Positions 24,741-37,800 of a DNA stretch of 64,000 nucleotides are shown one piece after another. The notes under the pieces were generated by a model. That model was not told the origin of the DNA. It did no database searches and saw nothing but the letters and a program-made list of their open reading frames with translations. The stretch covers positions 5,971-69,970 of the forward strand of contig FLMG01002914.1 of assembly GCA_900088475.1 (NCBI GenBank), written 5' to 3'. The number at the start of each line of letters is the position of its first letter. Position 1 is the stretch's first letter. The translations under genes were made by a program, and so were the position numbers. Source of the DNA: Hyphochytrium catenoides. Its lineage: Eukaryota > Protista > Hyphochytriomycota.

Positions 24741-25013
24741 TTGCTACCTTCGACTACTCCTCAAGCCCCATCCTCTGCAGTCCTTGCCTTCCTTCTGACA
24801 CTACCTCCTGCGTTGAGGCTCTATCCGCGACGGACAAGTGATTTCCAGTGCATCCGAAAACCCAGACAAGCCCCAGAGTTCTTGCTTGTCATCAGAGGTC
24901 ACGGAACCTTCTCGATATCTTATCGGACTGTTAACGAATCTACTGCGGCGACGACCTTCCACGGACTCTATAGACTATCTGTCGTCGCGGGTGACAACGC
25001 GTAAGAAGAAGCC

Positions 25014-27635
25014 ATGATCAGAGCACTCGCAAGCCGTCTCTCGAGCTCAGGATGCCGGCAGCTGTCACAACAGGCCAGCAGCGGGTAATTTCTCAACTTT
25101 CGACCTCGTTCCAATTAATTCCTGTACTCACCTTCATCCGCTCCACAACCTTTCCTTGTTGCAACAGCCGTGGCATCGCCTCGCTGGCGAGCTTGTCAGA
25201 AGATCATCAGATGCTATATGAGACTTGCCGTCAGTTTGCTGAGAAGGAGCTAAAGCCCAATGCGGGCCTTTGGGATCGGGAGCACAAGTTTCCTGGCGAG
25301 GCCGTCAAGAAGCTTGGAGAAATGGGGCTGATGGGAATTGCTGTGGATCCAGGTCGGCATTATCCTCTCTCTGACTCAACTAGCCACACACTCTGGCCCT
25401 CCCTGATTCCTTACTCCCTCGTAGACTTTGGCGGCACTGGTATGGACTATGTCGCTTATGCTATCGCCATGGAGGAGATTAGCAGGGGCTGCGCATCAAC
25501 GGGGGTGGTGATGTCCGTAAACAATGTAAGAGCTCCATGACAACGATACAAACGGGGGGAAGCTACTAAGTGATCTCTGTCAATATCCGTGTGCCTGCAT
25601 CCGCCCCATTTGTAATGGAAAGTCATTGTACTGCTATCCAATGGAGAAGTTCGGCAACGATGCCCAAAAGGTAACAAGCAGGCTCCAGGGTTCTAATGTT
25701 TTATCCTCTTCTCCTTGGCTTCATCCCCGTACATTCGCTTGATAAACTACTTATCTCCGCCAGCGCAGGCTTCTTCTCTCTCTATGTGCTGCGTGATCAT
25801 ATTCATCTGGCTTTTCGTTGCTTGGTGCCTTTCCACTCCATTCTTCACCGATCACCTCAGATCCATTAACTTCCGTTGCAGGAGGAGTACCTGAAGCCAT
25901 TCGCTCTGGGAGAAAAGCTCGGTTGCTTCGGTCTAAGCGAGCCAGGTTAGGAGAGTGGCAGCGATTCTGCCTTCACCTTCTCCATGTTAAGGACTATAAT
26001 TACGCTATATCGCTCCGCTTCCTGCTTTTCCTGGTCTTTTTGCTAGCTTGATCTTCCTCTTCGCCATAATTTGGGCTTATCTTTGACTTGTCGGTCAGGG
26101 AATGGTAGCGATGCTGGTGCGGCTTCGACCACAGCTCAGGACGCAGGAGACAAATGGGTGCTCAACGGCACGAAGGCCTGGATTACAAATGCTCATGAGG
26201 CAGACACAGCGATAGTCTTCGCTACCACAGACAAGTCAGTCTCTTTCTTCTGACAGGAGCGTGTCCTTTCGCCTTTCTTTAGTTGCTTGGCCTGTTGTTC
26301 CTGTTTACTCTCGACGTCTTCTTTCTTTCCTGGTTGATGATAGCTGACGGTACATGCTACCTCTTCATCCCTTCGTATTGTCTCTTCACAGGTCAAAGAA
26401 GCATAAGGGAATCAGCGCCTTCATTGTACCCACGGACACACCAGGGTTTTCTCTAGGAAAGAAGGAGGACAAGCTGGTAGGTCCGAAAAGGGTTTGGCCA
26501 AATCTTGGTATGACTTGACAGAGATAGAGGTCAAGCAAATGAGAGTGGGCATGATAGAAGAGAAAAGGAAGGGAAAATAGGCGGGTCCTCAAGCAAAGGC
26601 GTGCACTGGCTGAAAGGTTAGAGGTTCAACCTGCACTGCCCTTACTAATGGACAACTTCCCCGTCTTAGGGCATCCGAGCGTCGTCCACCTCCAACCTGA
26701 TCTTTGAGGACTGCGCCATTCCTAAGGAAAACCTTCTGGGAAAGCCTGGCGATGGCTTCAAGATTGCGATGGTGAGAGTGATAGATACGTAGGCTGGTCC
26801 GTACACTACCTACGTTTCCTTGCTGCTGCGACCTGTTTGGATCATGGCATGTGTCCCGTATGACGATGTCCCTCTTCCCTCTTCTATAAGCGTTGTCTCT
26901 TGCGCTGTCTCTGTACTGATCCTCGGCTGCCTTTAAGCTAACTTCCTCCTTTCACTTGCCACCAACCTTCCTTTTCCGACTCGGCAACAGATGACTCTCG
27001 ACGCTGGCCGTATCGGTATCGCTGGGCAGGCCTTGGGCATAGCACAGGCAGCGTATGACTGTGCCATTGAGTATGCACATCAGCGTAAGGCCTTCGGGCA
27101 GCCAATAGTAAAACTTCACGCTATTCAGGTAGGAAGAGGAAACTATATCAGAAAACATAAAGGAGGTTATGGAGCTGCGAACTTCGGCGCGTCGTGAGCT
27201 ATCAACTGGGGGAATCATTGCCTTCTTATAGACTTCTCCCCTATTGTTGTCATCTTTAGACCCCACATGCGGCGGCATGCTGAGATTTTGTGAAGGCTAA
27301 TGTTCTTTCCCTCCCTTTGATAGACGAAGCTAGCTGAGATGGCGATGCAGATTGATGCCGCGCGGCTCCTCACGTGGCGTGCGGCCACAATGAAGGACAA
27401 CAACCAAAACTTTACTAAGGAGGCCGCGATGGCCAAGCTGAAAGCATCCGAGGCGGCCACCTTTTGCGCCCATCAGGCCATCCAAGTCCTGGGAGGAATG
27501 GGTTATGTTACCGATATGCCGGCAGAGAGACACTATAGGGATGCACGCATCACCGAGATCTATGAAGGCACCAGCGAGATTCAATACCTTGTGGTTGCTG
27601 GGCGACTGGTGAAGGAGTACGCAGAGAACCATTAA
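25014..27635 (+). CDS. ACADS: Mitochondrial short-chain (butyryl) acyl-CoA dehydrogenase, 10 exons
   Basis: Transit-like [13 protein letters not shown]; [76 protein letters not shown]; nine GT-AG introns. Confidence 0.93.
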
Positions 27636-27809
27636 GAACTCGAGTCAGGAGATTACTTCTATAGCTTCTCAGCAGCTAAACAGTGGTTGCCAGGGCTCTA
27701 CAGCCTGCAGAAGGGTTGTCCCATGTTGTCATTAGTAGCTTATGCTCTGAAACCTGACGGTGAGGACACTTATTACACCAGCAGAGTACTGGAGAGTGTA
27801 TGACCTAAT

Positions 27810-27960
27810 AGAGGCAGGACTAGTGCCAATTTCTTGCATATTGTGACCATCAACCGCCTTTCGAAGGTTTCTGTCCATCGCACCGCGCGGGCCTGGGTCA
27901 GTGCCTGAGCTTTACGGCTCTGCTTGAGACCATAGAGGGAGCACCACCAACAAAGCGTCT
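27810..27960 (-). mobile_element. Ty1/Copia RT relic
   Basis: Minus frame LCWWCSLYGLKQSRKA (SLYGLKQS at 27917-27940) is the Copia RT signature; SCLY follows downstream; YVDD is not seen. Confidence 0.45.
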
Positions 27961-28741
27961 GTCAGTCAAGACTCATAATTATAACTACAAAGGCCTCGTG
28001 CAGGAGGGACTTTTACTGTCTGGAAAGAACCTCATCAATAATAAGATGAGGTCAAAAGGGCACAAAGTTCACAATGGCATTCAGAGACTATCGCCTTTGT
28101 CTCAGAAGAGGGCACTTCTAGCAGTTGACCAAAGTTACCGCGAGAGTATCTTCCACATCAAAAAGTGGGTTTTCCCGTTTTCAGGCGCTTCGCATCCAAA
28201 AAGTGACCAAACTTGAGCGGCACGATCTCTGCTTACGTCTCTGGTTTCCTCTGCTTGCGCGCTCAGTGTAAAGATCTCGTTGTGCTCGTTATGCTCATCT
28301 CCCATCATCACCAGCGGCTTCCTTTAGAAAGAATGACCAAAATTGAGCGGGGTGATTTCTGCTTGGTCTCTGATTCACCTGCTCTTCCCCTACTTCCATC
28401 CTGCTCATCTCCCATCATCGCCGACCACTACCTACTCTTTCTTCTTTTCCTTCGTGTCGTGGCACCATCTCCGAGCTCGGTTGATTCCTTTTCCATCTGC
28501 TGTCTCTCTTCCTTCAACTTGTCACAAAGAGAGAGCATCACAAGGCTATCACAAGGGTATGACGATGGGCTATCGTGCTGCTCCTGCGCTTCTTACCGCA
28601 TCGGCAGATAGTATCAATGATATCAACTCTCTGCTTCCTTGCAAAGTCTTTCTCATAAGCTAATCCGCTGTTAAGAGCTCACCTGTCGCGAAGATCCTAT
28701 CGTTCACTCGGCAAAGTATCTTGCTTCTGTCAACGCTAACG

Positions 28742-29947
28742 ATGGTTAGACTTCTAAGTCAGAGTGTCATCGCCATTGGCACGGTACTTCTCAGCAGCAG
28801 CGGCGGGGACGCCGCTAAAGAAGCAAGAGCGCCAGGCAAATGGACGCTTCTCCCCCTAACCCTGGCTTACAATGCAACCGAACACATGTGCACTTGGGCC
28901 TCATCTTCCTCCTTCGCTTCGAACTCCTCTGTTCCTCATCCACCGGACCGGCACCCAATCGCTCTCATCATCGGAGGCACCCAAAAGTACACTCGCCGGC
29001 CCCTTCGTAGGCTTAATGCCTACGACTTCAACGCTCGGACTGTTACAGAGCTTCGCCCAGCGCCTTTGCAGATGCAGGAAGGCGCTTCTGCAGTGGTCCA
29101 AGATGTTCTCTACATCTATCAACCATCATATTTCAATCAAGGGAGGGTTCCAGGCTATGAGAACACGACGATCCTGACGTATGGGCTAAAGACAAACCAG
29201 TGGGATCAGATTCCTATCTCGGAGACTGCAGTTAGACCTTCACGAGATGCTGCTGGAGGCTTGGTCCAATGGTTTCCAGACAAACGACAGGAAAATTTGT
29301 TGCTTTACCAGTGTGATGGGATCTGGAGCTTTAACCTGAAGAATAAGGAGTGGAAGGCCGTCGAGGTGAAGGGAGACCGCCCTCCTTGTCTCTCGGGTGC
29401 TGCCATCGCGGCTTCTGATGGCAGAGGAGAGGCTCAAGCATTTTACCTCGTCGGAGGTACCACAGAGGACGGCGCAGCTAGCAGCACCGTCTGGAAGTAC
29501 ACCGTCAAGAGCCAGACGTGGTGGCGACTGCAGGCAGAATTTCCTTTGGCCGTGACGAGTCTTTCAGCGGCTGTTGACGGAGACACTCTCTACACTTTTG
29601 GGGGATGGAGGGTATCCGAAAACGCCGCAGTCGATTCTTTCTACAGCCTAAGACTGAACAGGCCTCGCGCGCAGTGGAGAGCGATTCAGGTCTCCCCAGC
29701 ACCTCTGAGAAGATTTGGGAGCTGCATGCTCCCACAAGTCGGACGGGCGACAGAGAGCAACCAAGCGAAGGAAGAGAAGGCCCATGGAGATCAAGGTGTT
29801 TTGCTCTTTGGAGGCATTGAAGAGCCAGTGCCCGGGAAGCCCCGGCACACTGGAGACGATATTTGGGCTTTCTCTGCCGCCACTGACGACTTGACAACGG
29901 ACGGTCAAGAAAGTGATGAGAGGGAGAGCGAGAAGAGAGAGAGTTAG
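28742..29947 (+). CDS. Secreted kelch-repeat (beta-propeller) protein
   Basis: Intronless; signal-like N-terminus; repeats LIIGG, FYLVGG...VWKY..W, LYTFGG...W, LLFGG...DIW. Confidence 0.85.
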   Translation: MVRLLSQSVIAIGTVLLSSSGGDAAKEARAPGKWTLLPLTLAYNATEHMCTWASSSSFASNSSVPHPPDRHPIALIIGGTQKYTRRPLRRLNAYDFNARTVTELRPAPLQMQEGASAVVQDVLYIYQPSYFNQGRVPGYENTTILTYGLKTNQWDQIPISETAVRPSRDAAGGLVQWFPDKRQENLLLYQCDGIWSFNLKNKEWKAVEVKGDRPPCLSGAAIAASDGRGEAQAFYLVGGTTEDGAASSTVWKYTVKSQTWWRLQAEFPLAVTSLSAAVDGDTLYTFGGWRVSENAAVDSFYSLRLNRPRAQWRAIQVSPAPLRRFGSCMLPQVGRATESNQAKEEKAHGDQGVLLFGGIEEPVPGKPRHTGDDIWAFSAATDDLTTDGQESDERESEKRES

Positions 29948-31375
29948 AGGCGTAAGGCAAGCGTAACTCTAAGACTAAAGCATCAGAGGCTCTCTTTTCT
30001 ATACAGTTTTCTTACAACTCGAAGTTGCTCTTGTGCCTACAGTCCACTCTTCTGTATGAAAAATCAGTGTCGGATCAGACACCTTCTTGTGCATCACCAC
30101 CAGGACTGCCGGTGCTCGTCAGACCATGCACCGACATTATTCCCTAGCTTTGGTTCAGCTCGTCAGGCCCTCAAAATAGCCATACACGGAGCCAGATACA
30201 TCTCCAGCCCACTCAGTGCCTTTCTTTGCCAGGTCGCAGAAGAGGTGATAACTCGAATCATGATCGTTATCAGCTCGTGCCATGCTGTCACGGACACGAC
30301 GCGGCAGACATGGAGCTCAACTTCTATAAAAGAGTTGATGTTGCAGCTAATTGCCCACACAAGCTCTTTCCTGTCAGCAGAAGGCCCCCTAACTAGTTTT
30401 CCCCCAATATTCACTCAGCAAACGCCCACTCCCGACGACGGTGGCGTCCTTTTAATCCGTACATGGCCGGCGAAGCTCTCGTCGGGGCTAGTTTTCTTGC
30501 AATGCTCAGCCTGCTCTCTACTTTCCGGCGTACTGCCCGCGCGAACTCCAGAGCTGCTGCTCCACGGTCCTCGATTAGCTTAGCCTAATAGAAAGGCATT
30601 GCAGTAGTAGAGAAAAGCACCTCAGTTCAGCTCCTAGAACACCATGACATTAATCTATCTCTCGCTTGCTATCTCTCCTTCTATAAGCGCAAAATTGCCA
30701 TGGCGAATTCCCTGCCTGACGAGACAACGATGTAGGGATATCTTCCAAGTTAGGTAGATGTAAAAGGAGGCTATTAGCTCCTCGCCCGCCTTACATTGGT
30801 TCTGTTTCCCTTATTCCTTTCGATCGTAGAGCATGCCTACTACTAACTCTCAGTGTCATCTTCTTCGCCTACAAGGACTAGGAACTACACTGTTGGAGAG
30901 CAGAGAAGAGACCCTGCTTCCTGGCAGCAAGAGGAGGAGTGACGAGTGACAGTGAGAGTTGGAGTTCAAACGAAAGGAGGAAGCAAGGGACAGCAACAGT
31001 TGATGCGATCGATGAAGAGAGACGACAGGGAGACGAAGGTAATAAATGACTGCTTGGGTCACAGCACCCTCCTCATCTATTTGCAAGTTTAAGGAGCATG
31101 CCAGACCTGGCTAGACCACTGCTGGCTGCTCGCGTCTTCGTCTTCAACGTGGGTCCCCTCTCCTCCCCTTCCACATCGATTGCAGAGAGCACTAGCTAAT
31201 CTTCATCTCTCAAGCATCCACCCCTACCAATGTTAGCCATCTCCTGTCAAGCGTCTTGCTTCGGCTGCAACGTCCTGCAGACGAGCCTCTGAAAGCTCAA
31301 AACTGAGCTCTGGCCGAAGAGAAAGATCTGCAGATTTTCAGTGATCTGCAGATGAGTCTGAGCCTATGGACGGCG

Positions 31376-31386
31376 GCTAACGGCTA
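31376..31386 (+). promoter_or_regulatory. GCTAACGGCTA motif about 430 bp upstream of CPSF1
   Basis: Reverse complement of the core of the motif at 50142 and 62716. Confidence 0.45.
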
Positions 31387-31817
31387 GTATCCTTCCTTGG
31401 TTCCCTTCCTTTTTCTGCTTGTCGGTTCTAATAAGCTTTTATACATGATGAAGCTCCGCTGCTGGAGCTGCTGCTGGTCGATCCTCCGCTCATGAGGACG
31501 AAGATTAATGACTAATAGAGCATGGGAAGCGCAAGCTTAGAAGGACAGGGAAGACAACCGCTCTCGCAATAGTCTCCAGCCTGATAAGTGGTCTTGCTAT
31601 GCCTGTATAGTCAATAAGAACCCGAAGAACACGGCGGCTCAGGCTGGCCAGTTGTTTCGTCCTTTATCCCTTCCTGTTGTTAGGCTGTCACGCCAGCCTC
31701 TGCCGCCTCAGTCCTGGCCTCTCTCCTCATAGCTGTCTTAACTTGCGGACTATAGTTGAGTGTCTCATCGTGGCCTTTAAGAGAACGGTAGAGTCCGTGC
31801 CAGTCGGGTTGGGATAG

Positions 31818-34800
31818 ATGTCAGACCAGTACCTTTGTTATCGCCAGCTTCAGCCTCCCACGGGCGTGGAACTGGCGGTGAGGGGCCGGCTTACGCAGGA
31901 TGAACAAGATGACCTAATAGTGGCAAAGGCCAACCGCCTGGAGGTCTATCGCATCCACCTTTCAAAGGTGAGACAAGTATAATGTACATGGCGTAGGGAA
32001 CGACCGGAATGGATAGTACGCCTTGACGATACTCGTGTAACTCGCTGCTCTCCTTATTAGCTTCAGCCTGCGCTACACATGTGACTCAGTCACACCTAAT
32101 GCCTGCCCATCGCCCTCTTTCTCTTGCCCTCCTAGAACCCACAAGCTACTTTCGGGAACACTTTGGAGCTGGCGGCCAGCTTTACATTTTCAGGGAGGAT
32201 TGAATCTCTCAATGTTGTCACCTTCAAGGATCCGAAGGTACGTGTCTCCACCCGCATGACACTATAGCATGCCCGCTCTTTTTCACACGTCAAAGGTTAT
32301 TGGGACGAGTGCTCTCATGATGTTGTCCGCATACCTTACCAGCGTGTGCTCACTTCTCCTTCATCACTTCTTGCCCTAACGTCCTCCAAGCCACGTGAAC
32401 GTCATCACTTTTTTTTGCTTAAGTACCATATGGTCTCCACTGTTTTCTAGTCTTACTTGTCGCTAACATTCTTCATACAGTGGAAGGGAGACGCAGTACT
32501 TCTGACCTTTAAGGAGTGCAAGGCCTCTTTGGTTGGCTTTGATAGGAACACAGAGACCCTCGTGACGCTTTCTTTGCATAACTTTGAAGAGGATGGCATG
32601 GGCCCAGGTCTGTCAGGCACCAGTACTGCTGACTTTCGCTCTCTCTGTGCAGTTGCTCGTCCTCCCTTAATATAATGATCGTACTTCAGTACCCTGTCTT
32701 CTCTTCCAATCTGCCTCGTCTTTTCTCCTCCCTTGGCCAGATTGCCGGCTGACTCTTTTCCGCTTCGTGACACCACCACGTCCGCCATATGTTACTTCTG
32801 TCCGAGTCCACCACGCTCTTTTCTCCTGTGCATACTTCTGCAAAGGGAGACTGACCTCCAAAATATCCCCAGGTACAAGCCTTAAAGCCGAGAAGAAGGG
32901 CTTTATCCAGTTTGGGGGAATAGCAAGTCGTCCCACTATGAGAGTCGATCCGGATCATCGCTGCGCTTCTATGGTGGCTTACAGAGACCAGCTCATCGTC
33001 CTTCCCTTCTCACAGGGCGCCCTTGCTATTGATCTAGATGAGTTGGAGGAAGAGGACGCCCTATTGGCGGTGAGACCGAGTTCTCTTGTTGGCCCTTCCA
33101 CATCCCCTTGACTATAAACCTCTGTTAGCCATTTACTTGCTTCACGAAGTGGCGGTAACCTCTTCACTAGAAAGGAACCTGGTCTCACAGTTTTTCGTGG
33201 AATCACTTGCCGGCAATTTTCTTGGTCATTTTCTGGCAGTCGAACTCACGTCAGCTGTGTTCAGGAGGAGGAGCAGCTAGCCGCTGCTCGTTCAGGAGTC
33301 CGATTGGGGCGGCGGCGCCGTGCTCTGAAGCACGAGTCCCGAGTTGCTAGCGGAGTTCTGCCACAGCTTGTGAAGATGCCGTATATCATAGAGCTTCGCA
33401 AGATAGGTGCTCAACAACTTTCTGGGTTATCCCTTGGCCAGTCTTCTGTCGTTCCTTTTTGGTCGCGCTCTTTCTCTCTTGCTTTTCTATCCTCTTCCTG
33501 GTTGATGTCTAGCTTAGCCTGACCGCACAGCTTACGTTCTAGGTATCAATGGTGCAGTAAAGGACATGGTGTTCCTATCAGGCTACCTCGAACCCACGCT
33601 AATGATTCTCCATGTGAGTCTAACGAAAGCAGAGGCAGCATAGCGAGTCCCTATCTACGACTCAGTGTTTACATTTCGCTCTACTGATCTTCCTTTATAC
33701 GCTCACTGGAGGAAGAGCATCCCCTTAATGATCCATGTTCCTCTGTTCTCTCCCGATATAGGAGCCTGAACCGACTTGTGCTGGTCGGTTGCCTGCGTTG
33801 AAGGACTCCCATATGCTTACCTGTCTCTCTCTGAACACAGAGCAAATGTTCCACCCAAAGGTCTGTTCTAAGCTACAAAATCCCTTTACGTTTACAGCGC
33901 TGTGTGTGCCTAGTGGCTCCCATCCAGTGCTGTGCAGCTCTACTCTATTCCATTCGTCGTATGCATCTTGGACTAGTACCCTCGACTGTATCCCCACAGT
34001 GTAGCTGACTCGTTTCCCTACTCTATAACAGATCTGGAGTCGGGAAGGGCTTCCTTACGATTGCCTTCATCTTGTCCCAGTTCCTTCCCCTCTCGGTAAG
34101 CTGTTCCCTACCTGTTCCTCTTTCTGCTGGAGAGCAGTGGCGCACTGTCTTCTGACCCAAAGGCATCTCTGTCTGTCTCCTCAATATAATACATATATAT
34201 ATTGCTTCGCTCTAGGCGGCGTTGTGGTCGTGTGCAATAGCTCTCTTCTCTACTTTAACCAGAACAGTCAGTGTGGGCTGGACGTGAACGGCTTCTCTAG
34301 CTCCATTGTCAACCACGATAAGCTGAAAATGGAAAAGAATCCTGTACGTCGTTAGCAGGAAATTACCCCTACCGTCCTCATCTGCATTGAAGAGTCGTCA
34401 AAAGCTCTTAGCTGTCGACCTCTTTGTTCTCAATGGCGGAGACTAGCTGCTGCTTCTGCATCGTAATATGTTCCTACGTCGCTTTGCCTCCTAAAAGTGA
34501 TTCACCTACCTAGATTGGTCCTTGCAATCCCAGGCTACTTAAAATGCAGCTCTTACCCATTTACTATGTTTGCTTTCAGCATAACCTTTTCTTCAATGGT
34601 CTCTTGCCGTGCTTGCTTTTGTCTTACACTTCTACCAGTCTTCAATCTCCAGACGCCAATCAACAAGCGCCTAGTCTCTTCGCAGATCCTTTTCTTCAGT
34701 GGTCTCTTGCCGTGCTCGCTTTTGTCTTACACTTCTACCACTCTTCCATCTCCAGACGCCAATCAACAAGTGCCTAGTCTCTTCGCATTCTGACTTTATC

Positions 34801-37800
34801 AGCCCGGAACACATGCTTATGGCTCTGGAAGATGGAGAGGTAGAGACACACCTATCGCTCTTCCATTAGCTGTTTATTCAGCCTATTCGTCATTTGTAAG
34901 CCCGCGGGGCGATCAACTACTACATTCTAAAGTCCTTTCAGCCTGACAACCACCATTTGGCGCTCCTTGACATTTTCCTTCTGCAGCTTGTAGTAGTGGA
35001 GTTCCAAGCTGTGGCCCTAACAGTTAAGCGCCTGGTGATGACGGTCGCCAGTGCTAGCGTCCTTCCTTCCTGCCTCTGCAGCCTTCCCTCAAGCTCCCTC
35101 GTCTTCTTAGGCTCTACAGTGGGTGATTGCATGCTTATTGGTTATGAGAAGGATGTAAACGACCACAGAGAAGATCGCCAAGAAAACGGGGTTAGTTCAA
35201 ATAACTCCTGCGGCACCATTGAAGAAAGCTCATTTCTCTATTTTATCAGGAGCCTGCGACTAAAAGGCTCAAGACAGATAGGGGTTACACACCAGTGCCA
35301 GTCACGATTGGCGCAGATGAGGAAGATGACGATGAGCTTTTGTATGGCAGTAGCGCAGGAAGAGGAGGAGGTGCAGCTCAGACGAACGGCGCCGTTAATG
35401 CTCCTTCCACTCTCCCTGGTGCCACCGCTGACGATGACGACGAACTCCTTTACGGCTCCACTTCTGCTTCACTGCCGAGCAATGGAAGGGCTTATGCTGA
35501 CGACGGGCACCAGGCTCAGGTCAATTGCCCAATGACTCAAAAACCGCTCTTGTCCTGCGTCCAGGGACACTCTATTACGCCATTTTCTCTAAGACTCAAC
35601 ATAGTATGCCCTCACCGCCCCCCTCCCTCTTCGACGTCTCCTGTTTAACCTTTCACGGGTGTCGTCGGGCCTGCTTTTTGTTCTGTCTAGACTTCACATT
35701 GTCTCTAACACCGTCAATCTTGTAACAGAACGGAAAGGATGTCTCTTCTCTCTACCGCTTCAGAGTCGTTGACAGCTTGTTAGGTTTGGGGCCTGTAAAC
35801 GACTCCACACTTGGATTCGCGCTGACTCCAGAGGAGGAGGACAGGCTGAAGAGGCAAGGGTACAGTCCCTTGCTGGACATGGTATGCAAAGCACTCAGAA
35901 GGTTTTTCAAGCCCTGCGCTGACATCTCAATCCCTCTCCTCTCGGATCCTTTGTGCTTTTCATATGATTTATAGATTTTGAGCAGTGGGTACGGCAAGAA
36001 TGGTGCAGTATCCGTAATAAGGCGAGGTCTCCGGTAAGAGTAGTGCTCCTACGTTTGTTTAACCTCAAGTTCGCCCGGGCGTCTGCTCCCTTCCTCACCA
36101 TTTTACTGACCTGTCAAATATAGGCCCCAGGTTCTAACAGAAGTGGAGCTTACCGGCTGTAGAGCTTTGTGGGCTGTGCAACATCGTCGCGGCTCCGACG
36201 GTAGTCTCGACGAAAGCTCTTTCGCTCACCATCGATAATTGACTCTCGCCATTCTCTGTTCTTGCTCTTGTCTGTCCCCTGTGTCATGTCACTCTCTGTA
36301 GAGGACGACTTTGACGCGTTCATCGTTCTAAGCCTTGGAACTGCGACAGTGATTTTAAGAGTGCCACGGGTAAGCTATTCGGGTCAGCTCAAACCGCCAT
36401 CTACTGATATGGGTGATAACGCAGGACTTGTCGGAAATGAATGAAGAGGAGGAGTCAGGCTTTTTTACCTCTGGGCCCACATTGGCGGCAGGGAATTTGT
36501 TTCAAGGCCAGCGGATCGTTCAGGTAGAGTTGGATCCTCTCTTATATTTGAGGAAGCACAACCGTCTTGGCTACGTCTAGTGACATTCGAGCAGCCTCGC
36601 TATGGGACTTTGAGGTTCTCTAATCAAACCTTTACGGGTGCTGGAAGGCGTCCTTCGCTATTCTGTTCTCAAACCTCTTCACTCTGTTGCCTGAAAAGTT
36701 CGGCAACCTTCTATTGGCCTGCTTCTTTTTGTCGTGATCAGTCCTCGTTGGACTTATCGTCTTGGCGTATACTTTTCCTTCGCTCAGGTCTTCCGTGAGG
36801 GAGTTCGTCTTCTCTCTGGCCCTGAGGTAGTGCAGGAGCTGGTTCTTCGCGATGATATGGAGGTGGGAGGACTGGAGGTGCCGACTTCAGTCAGCATCAC
36901 TTCCGTGGACCTCCTTGATCCTTTTATCATTCTTCTTCTTTCCGATGGGTCGCTTAGACTCATGGCAGCTGATGACGGTGAGTTCTGTTCCCCGCATTCC
37001 CAGTTCCACTCCCATACTCTCTATTTCCTCCACTTTACTAGTTCCACGCCATGTTGGCGTCATTCGACTTTTTAGAACATTCCGTACCTAAGAATTGCGG
37101 GTCGGGAGATAGTAGAAGAGGAGAGAGAGGGATAGTGTGGCTGCGTACGTCTGACCACATCTCCGAGTTAGCTTCTTTTGCCGTTTTGAATGGTGCTAGA
37201 ATTAGAGCTTGTTGAGAGAATTCTGTTAGCTTCGTCTCCATAGCCTCTGAAGCTGGACAATTACTTTTCTCCCCATACTGTCACTGCCTTTGCAGACGAC
37301 ATGGAGTTGCTCCCCTCTATTCCAGAGATAGCAAATCCTGAAGATCCAATTACTGCGGCTTCACTGTTCTATGACACTGCTGGCATTGTAAAAAGAGTAC
37401 GTGCCGATCGCCAGCTCACAGTTAGGCTGGTCTATGAAACTCCATGCGAAGACTGACTTGATCTTGTTGCGTCCTTTGCTTCCATGGCCATTATATAAAA
37501 TCGGGAACTCTGTTGTTCTTGAAGTGCAAGTTTCACAGTAAGGCAAAAGCAGCCGCTGTCGAGCAGAAGGAGATGAACGGTCCGACTCCTCCCGCTTCTG
37601 CTTCAGCGGCAATTCCGAGTGACGATGAAGATGACGAATTATACGGTACGGCGCCGCCACAGCAGGAACAGCAGGAAGCTCCATCGCCCCGTGGTCAGCC
37701 GGAGGAGCAGGAAGCTGAGGAAGGTAGGATATGGATCCACTTCTGCTTCGACGATACACCTCTCCTCTGGTTCTCGGCATTGTGTCGCAATTGTGGTTGT

